DNA of 64,000 nucleotides, from positions 1 through 64,000 of the IMG/VR virus record IMGVR_UViG_3300032006_002011. One strand, 5' to 3'. Made by a program: the position numbers and the translations under genes. The notes under the pieces were generated by a model that was given only the letters and a program-made list of their open reading frames with translations, was not told the DNA's origin and did not search any database. Position 1 is the stretch's first letter; every line of letters starts with the position of its first letter. Positions 10,106 to 22,300 of the stretch are shown here, piece after piece. Source of the stretch: a virus.

Positions 10106-11635
10106 TTAAAAATCAAGTTTTACCTTAATCAATGTCTCTGTATCAAAGCTCTTTAAAACTGGTACACTAAGTTTTGCTACTGCCACCAGTTCATTGTTTT
10201 CGTTGTATAGGCCAACGGTGGTGATATAAGTCTTTGAGTCATTTACAAATTCGTCATGTCGGACTCTTCCCAACCAATAGTTCTTGTCCGTGTTGGTTTG
10301 TGTTGCTTTTGCAATTGCTTCTTGGTTTTGATATACGAATGTTGGATTATTACTATAATTGAAGTCCGTATTTCTTACTCTAATAAAATAATGTTTAGAC
10401 GGAATGAACTCTGTACTACGACATTTGAAATTGCCCCCTTCCTTTAATGCAGTAAACAACTTTAAAAAGTTTTGATGATTTCTTTCCGTTCCGTTTGCCA
10501 AATCAGAATTAAGATTTGCACTGGGGTTAACGATTCCTGGCCAGGCAAGCATCTTTCCTACATTATTGACATTAGTAACATACTTGTCTTCTGGTAACGC
10601 ATCTATGTCATCTTGTATACTACCACCCAATTCATTTGCAAGTGCGTCTGGGTTAAGTATAATAATACCCAAGTCAGGATACACCAAACCAAAACCTTCC
10701 CCAACACCGACATTATCGGCATTTTGACTATTTGCATACTTTTGACTATCATGCAACTCGGTGTCCGCAATACTTCCCTTTACTATATTAAAAACCCGAC
10801 CAACCTTAGTCATCCCCGTCTGTTGCAATATTTGTGCCTCAAATCTACTATCATCTCGGAGAGTCAAAGACGCAGAAACCATAACTTCCGTCTCTAAGTC
10901 TTCTCCCGCGTCGTTTGATTTCGGATTGATTGTTTGGGACAAACTCAATGTAAACTCCAAATTTCCTTCATCTAACTTTTCACGCATCACCGAAGATGAA
11001 AAATTAATAACATATATATGATCTTTATCTACACCAGAGAGATTTCCACTTTTCTGAAAAGTAAACTTATCATCTCCAGGACCTAGCAAAATATTTCTAT
11101 ACTGGTTGTATATTGCCTTTGTGACATCCACTGCCTTTACCCCATTACCCGACATTCTAGAACCATACCCATGTCGGTGGCCATATGTAAGTGTCATTTG
11201 ATTTTTTGCACTTTCGTTAGAAACCCCTCCAACGGTGATGGGGTTGTCATACACATTGGCATAATAATCACCAAATGTTACATCGGTCCAGTTTTCTTCG
11301 TGGTAGTTTTTTGTTGCTTGGATGTTTAATGTTCCGGGTGCGTTATTAGATGTGCTATCATAATATCCATCATACGAACCCAAGTCCAAACTTTTTTGCA
11401 CAACATATTTACCATCGACAAGTTGAGCAGCGGTCTGGGTTTCTAATACATCCACCGACAGAGTGTCTGCTTCTGGATTTACAACATACCTAGATAAAGG
11501 AGTGTCCAACTCACCCTGCTCCGAAACATCCACATGAAATTGATCAAGATGGAATCCATCAGAAAAACTTCCAGATGAAACTTTTATAGTTCTGCCGAAA
11601 ACTTTGTCGGCATCCTCTATCTCTTTGTATATCAT
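10106..11635 (-). CDS. Virion structural protein (tail/baseplate-associated)
   Basis: C-terminus FNYSNNPT...TYITTVGLYNENNELVAVAKLS is paralogous to the end of the 2060-aa protein; structural context. Confidence 0.65.
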   Translation of the reverse strand: MIYKEIEDADKVFGRTIKVSSGSFSDGFHLDQFHVDVSEQGELDTPLSRYVVNPEADTLSVDVLETQTAAQLVDGKYVVQKSLDLGSYDGYYDSTSNNAPGTLNIQATKNYHEENWTDVTFGDYYANVYDNPITVGGVSNESAKNQMTLTYGHRHGYGSRMSGNGVKAVDVTKAIYNQYRNILLGPGDDKFTFQKSGNLSGVDKDHIYVINFSSSVMREKLDEGNLEFTLSLSQTINPKSNDAGEDLETEVMVSASLTLRDDSRFEAQILQQTGMTKVGRVFNIVKGSIADTELHDSQKYANSQNADNVGVGEGFGLVYPDLGIIILNPDALANELGGSIQDDIDALPEDKYVTNVNNVGKMLAWPGIVNPSANLNSDLANGTERNHQNFLKLFTALKEGGNFKCRSTEFIPSKHYFIRVRNTDFNYSNNPTFVYQNQEAIAKATQTNTDKNYWLGRVRHDEFVNDSKTYITTVGLYNENNELVAVAKLSVPVLKSFDTETLIKVKLDF

Positions 11636-11643
11636 TTTATAAC

Positions 11644-12309
11644 CTAACCAGTAATACTAGCAGTAACCGAGGCCTCTGGTTGTTCGCCCAAGTAAACTCT
11701 GACGGGAATTGTTCGTGAACCTCCACTTTCATTTCCAATAATAGTCAATTGTGCAGTTTCGTCTTTAGTAATGGATGCGTTTGGACGAAATGTAAATGTC
11801 AGACCAACCGCGGTAATTGCCTTCTCACTTGAAGTGTCCCCCAGAAACAACGAAGCAGATGCAGAGGCAGATGCCGAGACACCCTGGCCCTCCAATGTTC
11901 CCACCGCATTATTAGACAACACGGCGGTATACCCAAGAGTCGTGTTATAAACAGGATCGGTGGTTGGTGAAATTGTAACCACTCCTTGGTAGTTCTTGCT
12001 CAACAGAATATCTTGCTGACCCAACTCAATTACGGGAATCTTTTGTGTTCCCGTTGGGAGTGTGACCAACTTATATTTTAAGGATTGAGTTTCATCCGTA
12101 AGTGGTTCAAACACAGGCATACTACGCAACGCCGCATCAAAGTATTGCGAACCATCTGGGTGGTTCGGATCATACAGGGTATAATCAATTTCATCGTCTG
12201 CAAGAGCAAAACTCGTAATATTCAACCCGTTTTCGGAAGCAAGTAGTTCTCGGCCTTTACGGGTAAGAACCGCCTCAACCGTAATAGTTTCATTATTTAA
12301 ATATCCCAT
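11644..12309 (-). CDS. Putative virion structural protein
   Basis: 221 aa; AVLTRKGRELLA...ITSFALADDEIDY N-terminus resembles tail-collar/fibre attachment proteins; context. Confidence 0.55.
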   Translation of the reverse strand: MGYLNNETITVEAVLTRKGRELLASENGLNITSFALADDEIDYTLYDPNHPDGSQYFDAALRSMPVFEPLTDETQSLKYKLVTLPTGTQKIPVIELGQQDILLSKNYQGVVTISPTTDPVYNTTLGYTAVLSNNAVGTLEGQGVSASASASASLFLGDTSSEKAITAVGLTFTFRPNASITKDETAQLTIIGNESGGSRTIPVRVYLGEQPEASVTASITG

Positions 12310-12387
12310 AACGTTTCAATATATATATTAAACAACCAGTGTTTCATATACATAAATATTTATATATCATTTTTTTTAACAAAATCA

Positions 12388-13347
12388 TTAAAGTTCTGTA
12401 ATCTCTCCCGGTAAAGATCTGAATTTTCCATCTGCAAATCTCCTTGTTTGTTCGTTGGGTCCACCGACTATCGTAAATTTCTGCTCATCAAGTTGCTCCG
12501 AAGACTGTCTTTTAAGTACGTCTTCCAGATAACTACCCGTTTCATTCATCTCCTTAATTGTGTTATTTATGTAATTGTCATGTGCTTCAACATACTCATC
12601 AGTCTGTTTATAATAAACGCGGATTCCATCTGTTTGCTTTATGAAATCACCAACCATTTCAATTCTAGTTGGTGATCTATCTATCGGTGTTTGTTCGTAT
12701 TCCGTTCGGTTTAGTGAATACATATACGCAACCTCATGTGTGGCAGGACTATTTAATGGTACATTTCCATAATCAAGGGTGTCCGAATAAAATGTAACAT
12801 TATCCAACAATCCGGCAAACCGACCAATTTTTATATTATCAAACACAACCTTCTTTCTAATATACCCCATGTCATGTTCAGCAACATATATATTATTTAC
12901 AAACAATCTGGAAAGGCCGGACTTATATACTAACAATAATACATGACTCCACTGATTGAGTGGTATTTCCACCCCAAAATCTACATCCATCTCGGCCTCG
13001 GTAGTCCCCCATACATATCCCAAATTTAATTGGGATTCATTTGCTCTTAACAACAACCCGTATAACTTACCATCTGCATCCGTATTTAAAACTATGCCGG
13101 CAGAAGGAGGTGATGCCCCCTCTGGGTTTATCCAACATGATATCGTGGCCACGTCGGTTTCAAATGGGTTGGTATTTCCAACTTCAATATAAGAATTAGT
13201 ATTATTCGGATCTTCCGATGTATCATTCGGGAGACGAGCAATGCTTTTATAGTTTCTATCTTCACCCCCCACCTCAATAGTGCCATTATGTAAAATTCCA
13301 CTTCTGGAATTTTTTGAACTATCCTTTATTTCGTAGCTATTTACCAT
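12388..13347 (-). CDS. LamG/concanavalin A-like domain protein
   Basis: TISCWINP, LNQWSHV, RLFVN and IG..FAGLLDNVTFY LamG signature. Confidence 0.75.
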   Translation of the reverse strand: MVNSYEIKDSSKNSRSGILHNGTIEVGGEDRNYKSIARLPNDTSEDPNNTNSYIEVGNTNPFETDVATISCWINPEGASPPSAGIVLNTDADGKLYGLLLRANESQLNLGYVWGTTEAEMDVDFGVEIPLNQWSHVLLLVYKSGLSRLFVNNIYVAEHDMGYIRKKVVFDNIKIGRFAGLLDNVTFYSDTLDYGNVPLNSPATHEVAYMYSLNRTEYEQTPIDRSPTRIEMVGDFIKQTDGIRVYYKQTDEYVEAHDNYINNTIKEMNETGSYLEDVLKRQSSEQLDEQKFTIVGGPNEQTRRFADGKFRSLPGEITEL

Positions 13348-13362
13348 ATTCTCTATTCCCGT

Positions 13363-16300
13363 TTATTGTTCAGTTGGTGTAGGACTTGGGCTTGGGGTGA
13401 GTGAAGTTTCAATTGTCCACTCGGGTGCAGTTGCCGTATAACAAGTTCCCTCGGATTCGTAATAAATTGTAGGTGTCTCTCCATCTGGATAAGTGTTAGT
13501 TGTGATTATCCTTGCCACAGTAAAATTTCCATCCTTGATAGCAATGGTTATTTCTTCGGTTGATGTTTCAGAAAACTCCTTTGGATTAAAACTTACCACC
13601 GCAGTTGGTAAACTTATGAGAATCTTAAACTCACCCATAACAATTTCCGAAGATGAATATGGTACTTCGATGTACTCATCTGTGGGTGTGCATTGTTGCA
13701 CGGGGGTCGGTGTGGGTGTTGGGGTAGGTGTAGGTGTTGGGGTAGGTGTTGGGGTCGGAGTCAACTCTACCGAGTCTTCAAACGAATATGAAAACTCAAT
13801 CTTCTCTTGTTTTTCCTCGGACAACATCGGCGAAACTATCAGGCCTGGGTCTTCTCTCACTACGGATACCACAGGGGTGTCATCTATGAACCAAAAATGA
13901 TCAGGAGACCCACTACCCGTGCGGGTTCTTACTATTGGTGAGGTGGAATTTAGATGCCCCGACAAGTTTGCGGTAGTTGAGACATCATTGACACCTCGGC
14001 CGATAATATTTCGTCTAAAATTACTTCTATGTATAGGAAACTTTTTCTTTGTAAACAGAGAACCAGGTGTTCCAATATTTACTAAATCACACAATTGAGT
14101 TGGTCGTTCAATCACATAATCAAATGGAATAGTTTTTGATACCTGACGTGTCCATGATTTAAGTTGATTACCGTCAGCACTGATTCCGTCACCTATTCCA
14201 TATTCAAACTCATCAACATGAACTGATGTGTGTATTTTCTCCGCAACATAATCTTCACGACATCTTGGTGTAATAACAATCTTAACATCCAAGGTAACGT
14301 CAGAAATCAAACCAGTATAATTAGGTATATTCAATTTGCTTGATATAACCAAAGGAGTTTGTTTAATTATTTGCTCGGAAGTGACCACTGCACTTCCACT
14401 CTCCTCAACTCCGAAAAATTCAGCAGACCAATTAATAAGAGAATTTCCATCATAACTAAAACTAACTTTAGTATTTTCTCTAGTATCCTTGGTGAATATC
14501 TCCGGTTCGTGGGTAACATCAATAGGCAAAGTTATTTTATATAAATTGCTCTGTTGTGATGATATTGGGGTGATGGAAAACTTCACGGATGAATCTAACT
14601 GAGATGAAATCTTTTCACTGGAAAGTGTATCGAGTTTAGTAATCACCGGTGTTGGGTGGATATGATATGAAGTTGTATTCGTGGTGGGTGAATAATCTAC
14701 CTCATACTCAAATGTATCATAATTCATATCAGAAATTGACATATCCGAGGGATTCTTCAATTTATTAAGATTATCAAGTTCCGTTATTTGTGTCTTCTGT
14801 GGATCTTTGAACTGACCCAATAAAAGTTTATAGTTAACTACCAAAAATGATTCGGGGTCTATGTTTCTAACATCACCGAGGGCCAATTTAGGTGCAGTTA
14901 TACTTGCAAGGGTATTGGTTGGGGTGGACTTGACACTATCAAGATCATCCGTTGTTAACTTAAATTTATAAAACACACCTTGCATAAAGTCGGCCGAATT
15001 GTGGTTTGTTGGATTAACCTCCGAATCGAATCTATCTACGTTCTCAAATACTATACCCGACAGTTGTGTTTCGTATTTATCGGTGAATACCCACTTTGAC
15101 TGGAATGAGTTGGGTTTGCGATCCATACAAGCAATAATCCAATTATTTCTATTTGCAAATGTATACGCATTACCATTCGAGTCCATAGTGCCCGTTGTAG
15201 TATATATACCATTGGCATCCTCAATATCACACTCCGAAACTTCAACGGTTGTTAAATCTATCAACTTTAGCATAGCAACCGATTGCCAATTATCACGCAT
15301 TCTATATTCACCGGGGTGGGGACATAACATTGTTGCTAATTTATTTACATTTTTATCATATGCGTCCTGCGGGACTCCATTTCGTTTCTGTAAACTTGCT
15401 TCGGGAGAAGCCTCTAATGGTGGGACATCTATTGTTTTCAACGAAACATATATGTCTCGGCAACTTGTCACTCCCTCGTTTTTCAATTCCGCAACACCTA
15501 TATCATACGATGGGTTGTTTGGATCAGAGCTGCTCGTTGATGAAATATAAAGTGGATCAGTGTCTGATTTTCTTTGTATTATATACTTTGTAGGATCATC
15601 TCTTTTTATAAATAGTTTGTCCCCCGGTGATGTTCCTGTGTTAGTTTCCTCACGACTCTCGGTGTATACTCCATTAAATGTCGCAGACGCACCTGTCCCA
15701 CAGGAAACTTCGATTGCAAGTTCACCACCAATTCCATATAAATATGGTTTATCTACACCCAAATTAAGTAAGTCACACCTAGCAATATTTGAATTTTTTT
15801 CAATATTATTTTCAACTAAACTCGGAGATGCATATGGATATGCTTTCAAATCACGACAATCTACATCACCAACGGCCTCTTTCTTTACATGACCCCAATT
15901 TATGTATAAATCTTCCGATATCTCATCGGTGGTAGACAATGGAACTTTATTCGTAACAGGAATCCTTGGATTAAACGGGATGGGGGCAGACGGTGTACGT
16001 CTTGTATAAAATACATTGGAGCTTCCCGTGGGGAATATTTCAGATTGTTTCTCTCTATAAGTGCAGTCGGGAGTTATAGTTACCTCCGTGGTGGATTTAA
16101 TATATCCCAATTTAGTTGCAAGTGTCTCAGTTTCTTGAAACGACATATCCCGATAATATTCAGAGTAGTTTGGTTTTGAAACATGACTAATAATCCACCT
16201 ATCAGGAGTATTCATTTTAGTAGATTTTTTCAAACGAATTTCATACTCCTCGGAGGTAGATCTAAAAATCACATCATCTTCCGTATCGGTTAAACTTATA

Positions 16301-19300
16301 TTAACCCGTGTATATATTCCGCGTGGAATTTTTTCATTCTTGGCCGTGTTGGAATAATACATACTTCGGGTAGGATCAACTTCAACCGAAACCGTATTAT
16401 AATCATCAGGTATCCAATTAAGTATAACTTCCGCACCACCACCCTCTCTTCTATAATTGCCAGGAATTGGAAGGGTTGGAGTCTTCCTCTTCGCCACAAT
16501 ACACCACGCAAGCTTTTCTATTGAAGCTGCTAAGTTATCTGATTCAAATCTCGCAAAGTGATGTGGGTTGGGTATCAATCTAAAAGAATTTCCCACCACA
16601 GGGCCACTTGACGCAGAAAGCATATCAAGTCTTTCTGGGCTGGATGTTATTGTATCTCTAAAATAACTTGCCGAGGACTGATAACTCAGTTTGTTCTTTT
16701 GTTCAAGGGATGGAATATATGCGTATCCCGTTTGTGGGGCATACCCAAGGCCATCCGAAGTTTGCTGGAATGTCTTGCCACCCAGTTTTATATACAAATC
16801 GGTTTCATCATGTGTAGAGAACTTATTATCTTCATTAATCCTACAACTGAATTCACGTGCTAAATTAATAACCCACTTTGTTGGCATATGAGTATTAAAA
16901 TACTTTGTCAGATTCAATTGCTGATATGTAGTTTTCATGGAATTTCGTATCTCTGTTGCGAGTGGAACACACTCCACAAGAACCCAAGTATACACATCCT
17001 CGTTCCAATACAAATACCACCCACGGCCGTTTGTATATGATGGATTTTCCCCGGAAACCCCATTTACTTTTCTATATAACCCGTTTGCAGATAGGGCGAC
17101 ATTCTTGAAACCAAAAAGTTTCACCGCAGACGGATCTCTGAATATGTACACCAATCCATTTCCGTCTGTGTCCAACCCAAGTGCTTCGGCTGACAACAAA
17201 TTAACATATCCCTCTTCATCATTGTTGAGTAAATCTACAACCGGAGTATCGGTATTAAGTTCATTTCTATGATAACCGACATCACCACCATATAAAGTGT
17301 TAAACTCTGGGTGAGTTGCGTCTTCCTTTCCATAAATCCACATTATATCGTGCCGAACTGGACTTTCATGCGGAATATACAATTTTTGTTCATCGGTAAA
17401 ATTAATAGAATAGTTATTGCTATGGAGGAGTATCCACCTGTGATTTATATCACTCCAAAAAATGTAGTTAACCTTTCGACCTATAAATCCCTTTGGCAGA
17501 AGGTGGGCATCTCCACTAATATCTCCTATTACATTCTGGCGGTAGTTGCCATCTATGTCACGATCATTTCTATATAAAGATTTTCCATTATATGTTCCGA
17601 TCTCCAAATAAGATCCATTCAACATATCCATCTGACCCTCAAACTCAGTTATATCAATTGAATTAAATTTAGTTAATTCATAGACACAAAAATAATTCCC
17701 CAGGGTATCTGATTGGTTATAAGTTACATCTTTATCGAACGGCAAAATTTCCAATTCATATTTGTATGAGGGGTTTTCAATCTTTATATCAATTGGTATG
17801 TGTAAGTTGTTCTTTGTATATACAATTTTATCCGCAGTTCCACCGTCAAAGCCAACATCTTGAGTGACTATACTGGAATCATATGCCAATCTATGTTCTG
17901 CAAATACACTCGACAACTCAACCGTGCCACCCGGTCTTAATAACCCATAACCCAACCGAGGTGTTGCAGACCACTCCACAATTTCATCCGAAAGTGACAC
18001 CTTATCCAAACCTTGCTTGTCCACAGAATGTTTGACTCTGTGAATGTGGTCTTCACTGCGTCCAGACACCTTCTTTGTTGTGACGGTTTCCTCCAAATAC
18101 CCCACCAACCATATATTTTGAACTACATGTTTTTTGTGCGGCGATGATCCCAGTGAGGGGGATTTAATGTGAAAGAAACACACCTTGGAAATATCATGGT
18201 TTTCCAACTCCGTTATATTATAGGTGTTATATATGTAATTTCTATCAGAAAGTTCGGTATCTACTGAGGCTATAGTTTGAGTTAAAACAGAATTTATTCG
18301 GGCGTCCCAGTTTTCGGGATCATTTGACCTCTGTTGTTCCGCCCTAGCAACAAAATCTCTATTCTCAATATACTCATTACCCGAGGTAAAATTTTGATGA
18401 GAATAGTCATATTCATATATGTACCCAGAAACACAATTCGACCCAGAAGATACTATACTTACGTCTGGATTAGTTGAATCCGTGGAATCTATGGAAAACT
18501 CAACATTAAGTGGTCGGTCAACCGCCTGTAATCCTGTTTTCATTTTAATTCTATAATATTTTGTGTGTTCGGGATCAAGTTCCGTGTGAGCAAGTACCTT
18601 AATATCACGGAGGGTAGTTCCTCGTAAATTGGCCGTTAATTCCACCGAGTAATCTAACAGGGTAGGAAATGAGAACGTATCTGTAGTTCTGTGGTTAACT
18701 GCTAGAGAATAACTACCCGAAATCCGTTGGTCTCCACCGTGCCTAAACTCCAATTTGTTTTGTACATCATAGTGTACATATGGAGAATCCACTTCACCAT
18801 ATCTAATAGTAGTGTTTTCGTAGGTTTTAAAAGTTGATGTAACTGGTACTAAATTAACCGAGTCAAACTCCTTAGTTATATAGTTTGTTTTAATTTGAAC
18901 AGTCTCATCAAGATTTGTTGTTATACTACCCGATTCTTTATTTACTATATCATTTATGCTATATATCGTAGCACCCACATCGTCCGTTGGAAGCGTCCAC
19001 GGATTATCACAATCATAGTAATTCGCAGAATTTACTGTTCCCGTTACTCTAAAGTCTCCTCCACCTTGACCGAGTGTTCCTCTCAATAACTTCCCACTGA
19101 ACTTACCGTCCATGAAAATAGTTTTACTCACACCATCTTTTTCAAAGTGATAATTAGTAACCTCATAATATCCGGTTTTGGGTTGCCAAACATCCTCATT
19201 ATTTATACGAGTCAGCACCTTATATTTGCCCGAAAAATTACCATATAATTCACAACTCAAATTACCGACAACACGACCACGATCATCCGGCACATTGTTA

Positions 19301-22300
19301 GTGTTGATAGACAAAATTCTATCATTCATAACAGATGCAGACGGTAACAGACCAGAATCCACCTGAGTAATAGAATTGTTATCGTAATATGCAGTATTAT
19401 CTTTCTTGTTTCCAACAAACCGGCATGGCCATGTATACACCATGTTCTCACACGAATCACCCGTATCAAATACCCACAACAACCCCTCCTTGGGGATTAA
19501 TAACCCACCTTCTTCACTTATGCTTGCTGGGTTCTCATTTACCAACACCCACCTTTCTCTAGACCTACTCCAAAATATAAACCATGTTTTTGAGTTATTT
19601 GAAAACGACAACTTACCATTAATAAGAATACCCGACCTATATACACCATTTGCTTTCGCGAACTCACCCACATATGTGCCATCACCATTAACCAACCCAT
19701 CTATTTTAATTATTACATCCGTGAGGCGATCATAGTCTACATCACTGCTCATATCATACTTGATAGGAAGTCTTATTTGATACGACCTTGGCAATGACTC
19801 CACTTTGTACATAGTTGAACCAATTGTATGGACTCCATATATGGACGAAACACCGTACATATCTTGGTCAAGGGCATTGCTAACATAATTCCCTGTATAA
19901 TTAAAATTAAATGTCCTGTTATGATCTGGTTCATTTGCACTATCTGCTCTTTTATATCCTGCGTTTGAAGAAAGCAATACCACCGAAGTATCCTTTGACG
20001 TACCTCCGGGTGTTCTGGGATTTGCGAAAGATGCTATACTGGTAGTGGTATCGTGACATGACAATTTTATGTTATGTAATCTAGTTATCTTTCTCTCATT
20101 TGTCGCCTTTTCAGTAATAGAGTTCAGTCCCAACGGGTTGTTTATATTTTCCAACGATTCACTTGAAATTTTATTAAACTCAGAACGAACTGAAGATACC
20201 AACTTGGCACTTCTGAATTTATTTCTTTCAAGTATGCTCGGTTCAACCAATAAACCCGATATCAAACGGGTTCTGGCGGGAGTTAACTTTTCGATATTTT
20301 CAAACAACGAAGCATCGACATATGCCTTCATAATGTTCAAGTACATAGACCAGTCTATCTGACCGAATCCCTCTTTATAAAACACCCTCTTAAATTGATT
20401 ATATCGTTCATACTCACTTTCATATAAATCCGATGGATCACCTATGTAGTCACCCAATTCAAAATTACCAAAGAATCTTAATATCTCTGTGTTAATCAAA
20501 TCCGTTGGACTGAAAAACACTCCAAGAGTGTTGGTATCGACCGCCAACCTGTCACCCGACTTCTCCGTTGCTCTAGAATAAGGACTTAGTGTTCCTGTTA
20601 GTTTCTGTTCCTCTATTCTGATTTTTTTATTATTAAATGCCTGAGCACCGAATAAGGGAAGTTTTGCGTATTGCCGTCTAGCACTTCCCGTGAAATCATA
20701 GGGAAATTCCCGCGAACGGAAATTCCAACACTCAATTTCTTTAGGAGCATCTTCCCTGAATGCACTATTTAAAATAACTCCATGTGGTGACTCGTCTTGA
20801 GCATGGCTTGGGTTTCCGGCAGCCGTTATATCATAAGGGTAGTCAAAGTTAGATTTAAAAATCAACGACTCATTTAGTGTAAGTGGATCGTCTATATCAT
20901 ATGACTGATTAAATAATATATGATTTTCAAATCGGTCTTCCGGAATTTCAATATTATACATTCTCAGTCGATTAAATGTTCCGCGGTATGTAGAAGAAGC
21001 ATAATTTCCAAAAAATATGTTATTGTAAGAGTTAAACTTGGTAAACGCATCAAATGTGGTAGGTATTAAACTAGAATAACTAACCACCACATCAGCATCC
21101 ACCACCTTCTTAACATACAACTTTAAATATCGTGAGAACTCGGCCGTTGACGAGGTTGATTTCACAAGCATTATGTTATAGTCTCCCGCACCCAATACAT
21201 TTACCGGTGGGTGTGATTTATCTGGACAATAATGTCTACCACTTGCTTCGGATTCGAAGTAAAATCTACCATATCCGTCTTGTTGACGTCCCGGGGAAAT
21301 CTCAACCCCAATCTCCCAATCTGACGAAGCATCCTCATCATTAAATGACTTATCAGAATTAACGAAAGAAATATCAACAGAAACTGGGTTTAGTATACAT
21401 TCGTTATCACTAATCTGACCCACCAAGGTTTCTCCCTCATATAAACCCTCGGTTGGGGTGTAATATATTTTTAACCCAGAAAGTGTTCCACTTGGTATAC
21501 CCGTGTAAGTTATGTGGCCTGCCAGCGTTCCCTCGGGTCCATATACATCAACTGGATACGGAGAGGAGGTGTCATCTTCCATACCGTATACGGGAACCTC
21601 CGTTGTTGCGGATGGTATTGACATACGACCCGACCATTGCCACGTGGAAGATGTTATACCCCCGTCTTGATCCACAATCGGGGTGGAACGAGATACTGCA
21701 TATTCTAATTGGCCGAATTCCGTAGATAAGTTGGTGGTTCTCAATGAATCATCAAATGATAGTTCAAACTCAAGTGTTCTAACCTCATACAAATCAGAAT
21801 TCCAAGGAATTGCAAGATACTGATCGTCCTCTGAAAACTCTAGTTTATAATCAAATATATCAAAACTAAAAACCGAATCGTCCGACTCACCACTCGTTGA
21901 ATATCTTACACCCCCATATTCCTTTATTTTAAAAAGGTGATCTGGGACACCGTAACACCGAAGCAAAGCAGATATAGATCTCTCAGTTCCAATAGTCTTA
22001 AGGATGTGAGGAAGGTTGTTTAATATCCTCCTCCATATTATATCACGACGTTGCTTAATAGACAATTTATCAGATGGTTGAGATGCCGAAATATCATCAC
22101 CCGAATCATCTTGGCCTGAGAATCTTATTCCGAGTGAATTCATTATAAACCATACAAGTTGATTTGGAACTCCCTTGGTTGATTTGTTTCTCGGTTTGAG
22201 AGATGCACCCATATTGGCAATGTAAGTATAAATCAAATCAAAGTGATTTCCGACCAAATTTAGAAAATCAACAAAATCTTCATTAGAATCATCACGAACC

